Part shown: positions 1-12,666 of the stretch, piece after piece | Layout: every line of letters begins with the position of its first letter | Numbering within the stretch: the stretch's first letter is position 1 | Origin: Welwitschia mirabilis | Taxonomy: Eukaryota | DNA length: 33,233 nt | Direction: 5' to 3' | Assembly: GCA_051453625.1 (NCBI GenBank) | Contig: JBOZIK010000001.1 | Location: 1,861,092 to 1,894,324, forward strand | Translations under genes and position numbers: made by a program | The notes under the pieces: model-generated | The model's database searches: none | Seen by the model: only the letters and a program-made list of their open reading frames with translations | What the model was told of the DNA's origin: nothing

Positions 1-99
1 ATACTTAAAGCTAAGCATATAGAGAGGAAAATTAAGAATGGATCATTGGTTTATATGGTTTATTAAAAAGTAGCTAATCTAAAGAAAAGAAAAACTTTA

Positions 100-330
100 G
101 TAGAGAGTATAGAAATAATTCAAAAATATCTTATATGTATTTACAATAGAGTTAACTAGAATTCCACCTCTTTAAAAAGTTAAGATTTCTATTGATTTGA
201 TCCCATACACTTAACCAATATTTGAGGAATCATATAGAATGTCTTTTATATAATTAAAAGAATTAAAAATTGAACTTAAAAAATTTTTAACTAAAGATGA
301 TTCTAACATGACATCATGAGAAGCACTAGC
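100..330 (+). pseudogene. Tekay-like pol fragment 1: protease-RT linker and RT N-terminus
   Basis: ELTRIPPL*KVKISIDLIPYT*PIFEESYRMSFI*LKELKIELKKFLTK...TS*EAL matches the consensus ELPGLPPxREVEFxIDLxPGTxPISKAPYRMAPxELKELKxQLxELLxK...SPWGAP. Confidence 0.85.
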
Positions 331-1567
331 TATTGTGATGCTAATCTGTAGGATTTTGATGGGGTATTTTGAGTACTTTTGTAAGAAATTTATATACATT
401 TAGATGCATTTCTAATGATTATAAAGGAGATAATCATGGAAACACATAATTCTTGGCATATTTAGAAGCATTTTAGTCATTTTTGACACTTAGCGTTTTG
501 AAAGAAGAATCAATGATGTAAAAGATTGATTTCTCTTAGCTAGAAGAGTAAGAAAGCCTTCATTCCATGTGTTGTCCCAATGATAGTCAGAACAACAATA
601 TTTATAACATGGACTAAAACTATGAGGTTGGAAGCTAATTACTCACTTCACCTCTTCTTATGGAGTATTATCCCTAGTGTCATTCCCATGATAGACAGGA
701 TGAAAACTATTTTGTATGAATGGAAGTGAATTATCTTTGTAAATATGGTTATGTGGCTTATATGGGTTGCTAAGTTTTCTTATCCAATTTCTAGGGTTTT
801 TCTTCTATAACTTTAATGTAAAATTATAAGTACCCCTTTTTGCCTTCACTCCCATTTCCATATTTTATACTAGTTATTCTTGTGATGGGAGATTGAAGGA
901 CAGAAGATCCATCCATAGCTACAGAAAGAAGTTGTCATTGGTGACGGACTAAGTATCATCTATTAAGGTGTTGCTACTTTTGTTTGTAAGTGGATGTTAA
1001 TTCATTATTAACCCAAGAACTCTTTTCACTTCTATTATGTGGATTTCCCTTATGGTTTAAGTTGATTATGATTTGGTGATATCTTCATAGTTTATCAAAA
1101 GACAACCTTTGTTAAGGTTGATATCGTTAGTTTAGATCTCGCATTGTATTTCATTTCATTAATTTCTATATTTGCATTTATTCATATTTTAGTTGGTATA
1201 TATTATAGATTATATTGGTTAGGGATAAATGATAGCTCTTCCTAAATGAACTAAATTGTAAGGGCTAATTCTTATGACAGAAGGATTGCAATTCAAATAA
1301 ATTTAGTACACTTGCATTTCATGCATTTGCAGTTCATCATTATTCATCTTTCATTGCATTTACATTATTCTTTATTTTCATTTACTAAATAAAAAAAATA
1401 CTAAAAATACTTTGTAAAATCAACTCTCTAACTTATAGCCTAGTTACTTCAATTAATTATGACATTTAGATTGACTCCCATCTATACTAGTATGCGCTTT
1501 TTTACAAGAATTATGATTTACAAGTTTTGCTTAAAGACTTAAAGATTGTAAAAATTCCCATACAACA
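331..1567 (+). mobile_element. Solo LTR of an Athila-like family (~1.24 kb) inserted in the host RT
   Basis: Starts tattgtgatg (decayed TGTTG) and ends catacaaca. Colinear with the LTRs at 2415-3653, 12667-13903 and 27475-29212. Flanks ctagc (326-330) and ccagt (1568-1572) differ by two C/T transitions, consistent with a decayed 5-bp TSD. Host RT resumes immediately. Confidence 0.85.
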
Positions 1568-2414
1568 CCAGTGTTATTTATAAAGAAAAAGGATGGAACA
1601 CTTGGATTATGCATTAACTACAAATAGTTAAGTAAAGTTACAATTAAAAACAAGTAGTTACTACCAAAAATAGATGATCTTTTTGATCCACTTAAGAAAG
1701 TTAAGGTATTTTCAAAACTTAATTTAAAATCTGGATATAATTAACTTCTAATTAAGAAAGAAGATATTTACAAAATAGCTTTTAAAAATTACTATTAACA
1801 TTATAAGTTTATTATCATTCCTTTTGATTTAACTAATGCCCTTACAATATTCATTCTAAGAAAATATTTAATTTTTGCAACTGCATTTATTGATGACATT
1901 ATTATTTATTCTAGTTCTTATGAAGAACTTGAGAAAAATTTGAAAATCATATTATAAATCATAACAAACCATTAATTATATGCTAACATGAAAAGTATTC
2001 CTTTTAGAAGGAATCCATCCAAAAATGGTATCTAAAAATGGTATTTTAGTTGATTTAGATAAATTTAGAGTAATTATAGAGTGGTCAACACTTAAAAATA
2101 TTATTGAGGTAGAAGCTTTCTTAGCCTTATAGGGTACTATCATTATTTCATCTTCTATTTCTTTAAGATAGCTTCTCCCTTAATAAGTCCTTTAGAAAAA
2201 ATACAAACTTCGAATGGATAGAAAAAAGTTAGAAATATTTTAATCTTCTTAAAGAATGTTCAACTAATGCTCTAATGTTGGTAATGCTAGATGATTTTAA
2301 GACTTTTTAGTTTACATTAATGCATTATAAGAATGTCATAGAGCTATTTTTAATTAGAATAGTAATAGCTTATAGATTAAGAAAACTTAATACGAATAAG
2401 AGAAACTACCCTAT
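1568..2414 (+). pseudogene. Tekay-like pol fragment 2: reverse transcriptase and RNase H N-terminus
   Basis: [56 protein letters not shown]; catalytic AFIDDIIIYS (FIDD at 1886-1897); GILVDLDK...EWSTLKNIIEV; VIAYRLRKLNTNKRNYP. Many stops and frameshifts. Confidence 0.95.
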
Positions 2415-3653
2415 TGTTATGGTGCCAAATTGTATGTTTGTGATGGGGTATTTTGAGTACTTTTACAAGACATTTAGATAGGTTTAAGTGGAAATTAATT
2501 ATTATTGATAATCAAGGAGATAATCATGAAAACACGTAATTATTAGTACATTTAAAGGTCTTTTGGATAAGTTCTAATGCTTATCATTCTAAGGAGAAGT
2601 TAATAATTTACAAAGCTAAATTCACTTGGATAAAGAGTTTAAGAACTTATTGTCCCCTTTACCATTTAGATAATAATCCAAAAGATAGCATGCTAAAAGC
2701 TGATAATGGACCTAACTAGACTGATGTAGAAGCTAATGTTAGATTATTTCTGTTGCATTGTCCTCTTTGTCATCTAGACAATAGTCAAGATGCCATCTAG
2801 CTATAGCAAATGCATCAAACTTTACCTAGCTTTAATAATGTGTTAAATGTGCCCTTGTCTAGTCCTACTAGGGTTGCATCAGATTGTTGTATTTTTTATT
2901 TTTATGATATTTATTATGATAAATACCTCCTTCATCCTCACTTTGACTTTCATTTTCTTTAATACTTGAAAATCTTATGATAGGAGATTAAATGGCAGGG
3001 GATCCATCCATTATTGTAGAGATAATTCATTTTTGGTATTGGGCTATGTATCCTTCATTGAGGTGCTGTTGCTTTATAACAAGATGTTAGTTCAACATTA
3101 AGGAAAATTTTATTTTAGTTTTATTATGTGCATCTCCTTATGGTTTATGTTGGTTATGATTCAGTGACAACTTCATAGTTGATATAGATCATGAGGATAA
3201 CCTTTATTAAGGTTAAAATCATTAGTTTAGATTTTGCATTACATTTCATAGCATAATACTTGCATATTTTATATATTCTATTTGACATACCTGATAGCTT
3301 AGATTGGTCAGGTTTAGTGACAGTTTCGTTAATTGATCCAGGTTATAAAGGATCAAGTTTATAATAGGAATATTTGGTAGTTAGATAGATATTTCATTTA
3401 GAATAGTTTTCATTTGCATTTCATTGTATTAGTATGTTTATTTTGCATTGTTTTTAATTTCAACTTTTATAAATGAAAAAAATATAAAAATACTTTGCTT
3501 AAAATCAATTCTCTAACATCAAATCTAGTGGCTTCGACTAATTATGATATTCAGGTTAACTTTTATCTATACTAGTGTACATTTTATACTAATAGTTGTG
3601 ATTGATAGGATTTGCTTAAGGATGTGATAATTGTATAAACACGCATCATAACA
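2415..3653 (+). repeat. 5' LTR of the nested Athila-like element
   Basis: tgttatggtg...catcataaca (TG..CA with terminal inverted repeat). Aligns end to end with 12667-13903. Confidence 0.92.
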
Positions 3654-3656
3654 TTT

Positions 3657-3674
3657 TGGCATTGTTTCAGGAAA
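3657..3674 (+). promoter_or_regulatory. Decayed primer-binding site, probably tRNA-Asp (Athila-type)
   Basis: tggcattgtttcaggaaa lies 3 nt after the LTR. It matches TGGCGCCGTTGCCGGGGA at 11/18; 5 of the 7 mismatches are C>T or G>A. Confidence 0.6.
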
Positions 3675-4099
3675 GGCCACAAGGAGCTAGAGGAGTATCA
3701 TTACCTAGATAAGTATTTTGGATTTGAATTTGGGTTATTTATTTATTATAACATTGTATTTTTACTAAATATACTATAGCTTTTATTTTCATATTTTTGA
3801 TTTCCATTGCACAATAAAGTCCCTGTCATCCTCTATTTCATCTAGGTGACATAGGTAGATGATCATCTAGGGTTAGGATTTTTTTTCTTTTTTTTTTTAA
3901 GTTCTATTTCATTTTCTATTGCATAAAAAGTTGATATGATCTCCTCTATTGTCCAGACAACATAGGCAGATTACTATTAATGTTATTTTTGTTCTATTTT
4001 TTGGTGAATTTGTTTTCTCTATTACTATTTTCTATTTTCTAATGGTCATTCGGGATATCATTCAGATGATAATAGAGATGATGATTATGTAAGAATTTT

Positions 4100-5700
4100 T
4101 TTGAGCATGCAGAGACATGGTAAAATCTAATGAAAAGAAGATAAGGCTTGCTCAACTACAAATAAAACTTAAGTATGCATATCCTAGTAAGTAAATTTTA
4201 AAAATTAAAGAAATTTTTTTTACAAAAGCTTTTAAAATAAGTCTCATAAATAATAGAATAAAAGTAAAAAAAATTATCCCTTCTTCATAAATGTCAAAAT
4301 TTAACAAATAGCATCGTATAGTATACTAATTATGATAGGAACATATAATTCAAATGCAAACATTATAGTTGAAGAGTTAATTACTAAAAGGAAATGAGAT
4401 ATCTAAAAGCCTTTTTATTACCTATTTTTAATGATGTAGAATATACAATTAAGAATTAGTTTTATTAGTCTTTTTAATCTACATCTATGAATAATGAGAA
4501 TAGGACCGTTGGAGAAATATTGGCTAAATGAACGAGAAATGTGAGAATTTCTAAGAATAGTGATAAAAGATCACTTTGAGAAACATTAGTAGAAATAAGT
4601 ATAAATGTAAGGATCTCATAGGATAATTGAAAAATAATAGTTCAAGAAATATTTGTGGAAAGAATGTGAACAATACCAAATGATGTTAAGACTATGAATT
4701 AAATCGCTTCATCTTTTCAACCTCCTTATTCCTCCATTGTCCACTTCTTTTAAAAATTTATGTGAAAATGACAATAAAGAGTTTCAACATTTTATGGATT
4801 TCACCTCTTAGTGAAATATCTTATAATCATTTTAGTGAACCTATCCATCTTCCCTAAATTACTATGAAGAAGAAGATCCATCTCCCATGAATTACTATGA
4901 AGAAAGAAATTACTATGCTTAAGAAATGATTGACAAAATTAAAAAGAAATGAGCAGATACCTACCACAATTTATAAATTTAAAACAAGAACATAGCAAAT
5001 CTAATTGAGATCCCTTAGCAAGAGTTATTACAAAATCAACTATCTCAAATTTCTTTTACAATACAACAAACCTATCCTACTCTTTCTACTACTTTCCACC
5101 TTGAGAAAAAGGAAGAGAACTTAGAAATAAGTAGTAAATATTCTTCCTTTTAAATAGAAAATTAAATTATGAATTAATATACAACATCCCACTCACTAGG
5201 AGATGGATAAAAAGAGGACAATATTGATTCAACTCAACTATTCAATAATAAGAATGAAAATAATTATCCATCAGATGATGACATTGAGATACTAGATTAT
5301 ATCCTTGACATCCACCTATTAATTGGGAATCTAAATGAAAAAGAAGAATTATTTCATAAATAATTTAAAAATTTTTAAACCCAGGACTAAAATAATGATC
5401 ACATATCTCTTTCTGATCTTTTTGATGAACCTAATAATTTGGAGAATAATGACAGGTAATGATGTAATGAAGAAAAGGAGGATAAGAAAAAAGATGATGA
5501 GCACATCTATCTTTATGATTTTTTTAATGAATCCAACAACTTAAAAACTGACAACAATATTCAACAAAGCAATAATGAGTATAATGAAGAAGAGGAAGAT
5601 ATAATTAAAGATAATAAAAAAGAAAACGAAGGAAGCATTCAATAAAGTAATGATGAAGACAATAATGAGGAGGAGAAAAATAATGAAGAGCCCATATAAA
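4100..5700 (+). pseudogene. Possible decayed gag-like ORF ending in acidic low-complexity repeats
   Basis: Sits after the PBS/5'UTR. Readable segments: ISFISLFNLHL*IMRIGPLEKYWLNEREM*EFLRIVIKDH; PSSLNYYEEEDPSPMNYYEE; DHISLSDLFDEPNNLE...EHIYLYDFFNESNNL...EEEED. Family match is weak. Confidence 0.4.
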
Positions 5701-6466
5701 ATCAACCAAACTTAAAAAGAATAAAATTATTTTTTTTAATGTAACAATCTAACATAAAAAATCTACACATGCTTCTCCATTGTTTTCACTTATAATTTCA
5801 TGCAAAACCACTAATAATATTCTTACATCTATTCCTATTCCACATTATCTTGTGATCTTAACAATGGTTACCTTGATCCATCTCTTCCATTAGAACATTC
5901 ATGTAATTCTCACAATCACACCCCTTTCATTGAATTTAATGAAATACATAACTTTGATGATTCTATTCTTAATACCTCTTAATCTCTTCCTTTTAAAACT
6001 CCATGTGATACTCAAAGTAATATCCTTCCCTCTTCTACCAAGTTCACTTTACCTCATACCTTTAATGATTAATCTCTTCAAAAGTTTAACTTGAAATATC
6101 TTGGAATTTTAAATTAGAATAAATCTTATCTTCTTGATTATTATCCATGCTTATAATTGAATCTTAAGAAGCTTCTCAACCTTATTAAAACTTGTAAAAA
6201 TCCCTCAGAAACTTTCTAGATCCATTCTTTGAGTAATGCCTTAAATAAATTATGTAATGCTACTTATGATTTATGACGTTTCAATAAGAAAATATCAATG
6301 AAATTTATTACTTCTTCATCTCTTATTTGGATTTTAAAATTTATGCTTTCAAATTTTTATCCTTTTATGCTCTCTTCCTCCAATTAATTTTACTCCAAAG
6401 TGATTGTATAACTTTTATGTTTTATCAATTAGTTTCTATTTAATTTAGCCCTTATTTTTCTAAAAA

Positions 6467-6625
6467 GTACAATACTTGAAGTGCATCTTTTACATAACTT
6501 GCTAACCTCTTAATGATTAGGTCCTTATCTTTTAGAAAACGTACATTCTAATTACTTAATTGAAATATTTTAATTCAAACACTTGATGGATTCAGAGAGT
6601 TAATATATACAAGGTTAAAAATCTA
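6467..6625 (+). pseudogene. Integrase C-terminal GPY/F remnant, copy 1
   Basis: VHLLHNLLTS**LGPYLLENVHSNYLIEI is homologous to the integrase end at ~32000-32165 (-). Confidence 0.75.
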
Positions 6626-8681
6626 TGTAATACCTATCAATTAAATGTTGAACATGATAGGAGCACTTCTCTTAGAAATCCTCCTGTCATTATCTCAATT
6701 CTTCCTTAGTAATTTCCTTGGGTGAACATCATGCTATCACTTGAATATATTTAATTTTACTTATATATTACTTTATAAAGTTACTATAACCATTAAATTT
6801 TTTACTTGGTAATTTCAAAATGATAAGATTGGATTCATCCAATCTTAAGATATTGTATGTCTATGAACTTCATTTTGAAGGAAGATGCTTCAATTCTTTT
6901 CTTTTCTCTTAATGGTATGAGTCTTCAATTGTTTAAGTATTTCCGCTCTTTTTTTTTCATCTCATTATTTCATCCTTTTCCTTAAGAGTATTTGGTTATG
7001 TGGGATACTTTATTTCATTATAGAAAAAATAAAGGAAGAAATAATAACCATTATCTTATATATCTTAGCTCAAATCATGATCACCCTGACGTCCTATCGT
7101 AAGTGTACTAGGCAAATTTTCCCAAGAGGAGCCTTTAGAAGTGTGATATGATAGCTGCAAAAACTCTACTAGAGGGTCAATTAGCTATGCTTTACATGTA
7201 GGTTTTTACTCCTCTGATAGTCATTGCACTCCCCTCATCATGAAAACTAAGTATCACTTAGAGGCTATGGGATTAGTGATCTTTTGATATCATTAGAAGA
7301 ATTGCTTGTTTTCTAGACTCATTGTGTATATAGTACTTTTACATGATCATTTTAATTTTTTAAATTAGGTGTTATTTTTCGATGTGAAAAGATGAGTCCA
7401 TTTCTGAGCAACTTTTGAGCTTATCATTTATTAATTAAAAACATTAGATATACTTGATATCATCATAATCATTGACTATTCAAGTAGTACATTATGAAGT
7501 TGTTACATTATATCATGCATCATTAATCAAGTGATTTTATGATTTCTACCAAGAGAGTTTACTAGATTGGGATTTTGGGTAGGTAAATAATTTTCTTCAT
7601 GTTCCTATTTATCCATTTTAATTGTGTTTTCCTTAGTTATTTTACTTAGTATTTTAAAGTCATTTATATCCTTTGTTAGCATAATATTTAGGATTTAATT
7701 ATTCATTAGTTTTCTTGTTGTTTTTTATTTTTATTTAATGGTTTTTATCCATAAGGATTATCTTTATATAAGATGTTTCTTTCATTCATGATAATGTCTT
7801 TTTAACTCCTTTTTTGAGTTTTTGATACATCCACTTATAAAACTTAAATTATTATTGGGTTTGGATACATTTAAGAAGTTTCTTTAGCATTGATTCTCTC
7901 TCTTGGTACATCATCATTGTCCTATCCTACTACTCTTTTCTCTTGCCTTGGATTCTTTCCACTTTTGACTCCTTTACTATGATCATTTTGATAATGATTA
8001 TTAGCTNNNNNNNNNNNNNNNNNNNNNNNNNNNNNNNNNNNNNNNNNNNNNNNNNNNNNNNNNNNNNNNNNNNNNNNNNNNNNNNNNNNNNNNNNNNNNN
8101 NNNNNNTATGAATTATATGAATTTTTTACCTCTTATATTTTTAATAACTTTTGAGATGATAAAGTGTTATTTGGTCATATGTTAATTTTGAAAGGCCTTA
8201 CCTCCTTAATAAAAATATATAGCTTGATTTGAATGTTACAAAGATTTTGAATCTCACTAGATAATCTAAAAAGGCTTTAAAAAATCCTTGGATCCTTTAT
8301 TTAAGTAGCTCCTTGCATGTATTATGTAATGATAATCATGATTTACATTGTTTTAGTAAAAGATTAATTTTTAATAGAATTTATCACTTCTTCATATCTT
8401 ATTTAGATTTTGAAATTTTTGCTATTAAAGTTTTATCCTTTACTATTTTTACCTCTAATATATTTTATTCAAAAATAATTGTATATATTTTATGTTTTAT
8501 TAATTGATTTCTATTTGGTTTGATTCTTATTTTTTTGAAAAAGTACAATATCTTATGATAATAGCCTTTTTCTTTTCTTTTAAGTAAAATGCTGGATCTA
8601 AATAAAGCTTGTTTCTAGTTTGCTTTAGTATTTTCTTTTGATTTTATGCTTTTAGATTTTTGTCCTTGGTTTTTATTTTTA

Positions 8682-8815
8682 TTTTACATAGTAAGTTAAC
8701 CTCTAAATGGTTAGGTTCTTATCTTTTAGAAAAAGTGCATTCTAATGGCTTAGTTAAGATTTACAATTTGAATACTAAAAAAATTCAAAACATGAATAAA
8801 GGTAAAAATCCATGA
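8682..8815 (+). pseudogene. Integrase C-terminal GPY/F remnant, copy 2
   Basis: KLTSKWLGSYLLEKVHSNGLVKIYNLNTKKIQ matches the Athila consensus KLxSRWxGPFxIxxVxPxGAVxI. Confidence 0.75.
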
Positions 8816-11190
8816 GTCATCAAATCTTGAGCATGATAGAATCACTTATCTTTGAAGTCGTTCTGCCATTATTTGGATTCTTTCTTAGTTGATTCCTTTG
8901 GTCGACATCATGCTATCATTTGAATATATTTAAATTAACTTATGCTTCACTTTATGAAGTTATTAGGATTAGTAATCATTCACTTGAACATTTCAAAGTG
9001 ATAATATTGGATTCACTCAATTTTAAGATATTTATTTGTCTATGAACTTTCTTTTCGCCTTGGATTTTATGTTTTCTCTTACTGGTATGAATTTTTAGTT
9101 ATTTGGGAATGTTATTCCTTGTTTTTCATCTCATTTTTTCATCTTCATCTTTTAAAGTATGTGGTCATGTGGGATTTGTTCATTTCAATAAAAAAGGGGA
9201 AAAAAAGAAAAGGAAATAATGACCATGATTTATTATTTTTGTGTTAAATGCATGGTCACCGTGATTTCTTATCAAACCAAGATAAATTTTTCCTAAGAGA
9301 AATCTTTGGCAGTGTTGATAGCTATGGGAACTCTAATGAGGGTTTAGTTGATCATACTTCATAAGTCATTACTCCTCTAACTATGGTTGCACTTCCCTCA
9401 TTATGGATTAATAATAAAAGATTTGAAGCTATGGGGTTAATGGTGTTCTAGATATTAGCAGAGATATTAATTATTTCCTAAATTCCTAGTACATCTAGTA
9501 TTCTACATGATCATTTCATTTTTAAGGATTTAGATGTATCTTAAGGTGTGATCAAGTGAGTACATTTCTAAGCAGCTTTTGATCTTATCATTCATTAATT
9601 GAAAACATTAGATATACTTGGCATTATCATAATTACTACATATTCGAGTGATAGTTTATGGAAGTTTTTACATTATTTCATGCATTATTAATTAGGTAAT
9701 TTTATGATTTCTTTCAAGGAAATTTATTAGATTCAAATTAAGGGTAGATACACAATCTTCTTGATGTTCTTTATTGTCCATTTTAGTTTTGTTTTTCTTA
9801 GTTGTTTTGCTTGGTATTTCAAAGTCCATTCTATACATTTTCATAATGAATACTTAGGACTTGATCATTTAGTAGTTTTCTTATTGTCTTGACATTTTTT
9901 TCCACTTGTAGTTTTTATATTTAGGAGTTGGCTTTCTTTTAGCACTTTGAACAGATGTTGTTCCTTTAGTTTATGATGATAATTTTTTTCATTTTTTAAG
10001 CATCTTTTCATGTTTTAATACATACTTAAATCATTTTAAGATCATATTTGTTGAGTTCTTTACCCATGCTTCTTACTATTTGATACATTTGCATCCTTAT
10101 CATTTCTCTTACTTTGAGCTCTTCTTATTTCCAAGCCTTATTCATCACAATTCTTAGTTGTTTTCCATCTTTTAAACTTTTTAATAAATTTTTGAGACCT
10201 TCACGATGCCATCTGATCCTAACTAATTTTGCTAATGATTTTATTTTTCTAATGTTTTAAAAGACCTATTGTCCACATGGTTATTTAGATGACATGGAGG
10301 GTGATAGACTAAGATTTTTTAAAAACTATAGCATTAATATCTTTTTCCTTAGTTTTTTCATTCTTGCACCTTTTCTCTCCATTCTCTCATAAGGCACACT
10401 TCATGCTTAGGTCCACCAGTGTTCTTAAAACCTTATTTGATCAAATTCGACCACTGTTTACTAGATTTCATAATATTTTTACAAAATGAGGTATGTTTCT
10501 CTCTCCCTCATTATTTTTGATTTTTTCTTCCATTTCTCAACCTTTCAGAGTGTAGTTTTTGTGTCGAATGTTTAGTTTTTTTTAAACTTCATTTTAAAAC
10601 AAATAAATTTAATTTCCATGACATATTTCATGAGAAATATGAATTTTTATACTTTATGAGATTTAGAATTTTAACTTTAAAACTCATTTTATCTCACACT
10701 GTTAATTAAAACCTAGTGATGCTTATAGTTAAAATGATTAGTGCGACAAGCTCTATACTTATACTAGATTAGCATTTCCATTTGATTACGTTCATTTTTT
10801 ACCTTTATGAGGTCCATTTGTTTTATCTATCTATATTTTCTCTCATAGTTTATGCCTTTTTCTCTCATACATTTAGGCAATATAGGACATATTGAACTTC
10901 TTGAAAATGGGATAGAAATATTTTTAAGATTTTTATACGAAAACCTATTTATGAGATCATTTTTTATCTTCCATAAGACACATTAGTGAAATTTGACTGT
11001 ATCTTGTGTGATGCACATTACAACATTATTTAACAAGTCATGCATTAGATAGACTAAATAGATAGAGTATAAGCCTAAGATTTCATCCTAGGAAGTTAGG
11101 CCATTATTAACTTCTATTATACAGATAAGTAAACCAGCACATAGAGAGACACTTTAGTAATTTCATAAACAGAATCAAGCTTGAGGTTGA

Positions 11191-11960
11191 TTAGAGATTG
11201 ATAAATTTACAACTTTAGTGGATTGTATGCACAAAGTATATTATGCATTAAAGATCAGAGATTTCTATGATACAATGCATATTGAGAAAATGTTAGAAGC
11301 ATAAGGATGCATGGAAGATATGATTATAACTATCATACATGGCCATGAAGTTTTCATTACCCTAGAATACATTACTACTATTATAGAGTTAAGAGGACTA
11401 AGGAGCATACACATCCATTCTGGTAGTGGTACATAGGATCATAGAGCTTATGAAACTACATGAGACGTTCCAGAAAATGTTATAGAAGATAGGCATGGAG
11501 TATTTCTCATACATTTGTCACCTACATACAAGATCCTACATAAAGGGCTAATCCCTAATATTAACTTGTAATTTAATAATAATAATATTATTATAGTCCA
11601 CTTGTGGATTTTGGTATTATTTTAATAGAGTAAATAGATGGATTTACCATCATTCATATAAAGAAGACTTACATCCATGATAGAAGACATGGACATTCAG
11701 ATCCCTAAGGAGGCTGAGAACAGTAGGCATCAAGACTAGTAGTGGATACTACATTAGAGTAGATGCATAATTTCTTAGCTAATACATCCTAAAAAATTAG
11801 AGGAACCATTGATTAGGACTTCATAGAGTTATAGAAAAAGATGATCATGATGGAGGAGAGGATGATCTCGATGGAGCAAGGGATGACTATTATGGAGTGG
11901 TGAGTGCATGATATTAAGAAGTAGGTGATGGTCATATGAGACTAAGTATTACACATTGAG
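11191..11960 (+). pseudogene. Athila 3' extra ('env-like', ATHILA ORF1 / putative plant transposon protein-like) ORF relic
   Basis: One frame reads VYYALKIRDFYDTM...IHGHEVFITLEYITTII...LSPTYKILHKGLIPNINL...LWILVLF**SK*MDLPSFI*RRL. This matches the family pattern YPxLVREFYA...VRGxxVxIT...LxxxxRxLHxxIxxNxxP...IDLPxxI and is followed by a D/E/G-rich tail. Start and end are approximate. Confidence 0.7.
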
Positions 11961-12652
11961 AAAAGTATCACTATGAATATTCTAAAGGTAGTGCAAATCC
12001 AAGCAAAGAACATGATCCAGACTATTAAGGCCATCATAAGTGCATATTTTCCTATTAAATAAGAGAATTTTGCTCCTCCTTCACTTGCATCTAGGGCCAC
12101 TTAATAGATCTGATGTATTACTATTGTTGATGTATTTTCCTTTTGTATATTGTACTAAAAAACTTATAGTTAATATATGCATATCATTTTGATTTATCAT
12201 TATTACTTTCTTAATGATATATGCACATATTTCTTTTGGGATATCATTATTTATGATGCACATCATTTATTAGAAATATTATTATAATACCTTTTGATGA
12301 TTTTTATAATGCTTTATGATTATTTTTATAATGTGCTAAATATTTTAAGTGGGGTGCTAATAAAATTTATGATCATTTTAATGTTTGCTTTCTGATGAAT
12401 TTTTCATAGGTATCTATTTTATCAGCATAATTTTTTAGATTATCATTTCCTCCATCACCCAGAGGACATGTAGGATGATAGTAGGACCACACGATCCACT
12501 AAGATAAAATTTTTAGTTTGCTAGTTTTTAACATTTAGTCCTACATGGTAAGATTTCTAAGTTTGATTTACATTTTCCTAGTTAATTTTTACCTTAGTCA
12601 ATTTGGCTCATAATTGTAGTTGTTTACCTACTCTATTAAGGACTAATAAGGC

Positions 12653-12666
12653 TAAGTGAGAGGCTA
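12653..12666 (+). promoter_or_regulatory. Polypurine tract (decayed)
   Basis: taagtgagaggcta directly precedes the 3' LTR. The homologous taagtagaaggcta precedes the LTR of the minus-strand copy. Confidence 0.75.

Larger units (their letters stand above)
6230..10150 (+). repeat. Diverged direct duplication of a module made of upstream AT-rich block, integrase tail and 3' non-coding region; units offset by ~2.1-2.2 kb
   Basis: ~6230-6473 matches ~8290-8550, and ~6500-7950 matches ~8695-10120 (shared anchors include acatcatgctatca-ttgaatatattt and aaaacattagatatacttg). The units are separated by the gap at 8007-8106. Confidence 0.85.

Noticed and set aside
211..399. 62-aa minus-strand ORF (likewise 5335, 8313, 12081, 13232, 19737, 29192, 29410)
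   Set aside because: Short F/I/L/K-rich chance ORFs in LTR or non-coding DNA, or off-frame/antisense to TE relics. This one crosses the RT/solo-LTR junction.
7943..8185. ORFs spanning N runs (also 22149-22373, 31309-31509 and the 5' part of 31201-31530)
   Set aside because: They are open only because of the Ns. Only the QKVNGQRLK tail of 31201-31530 is real homology.
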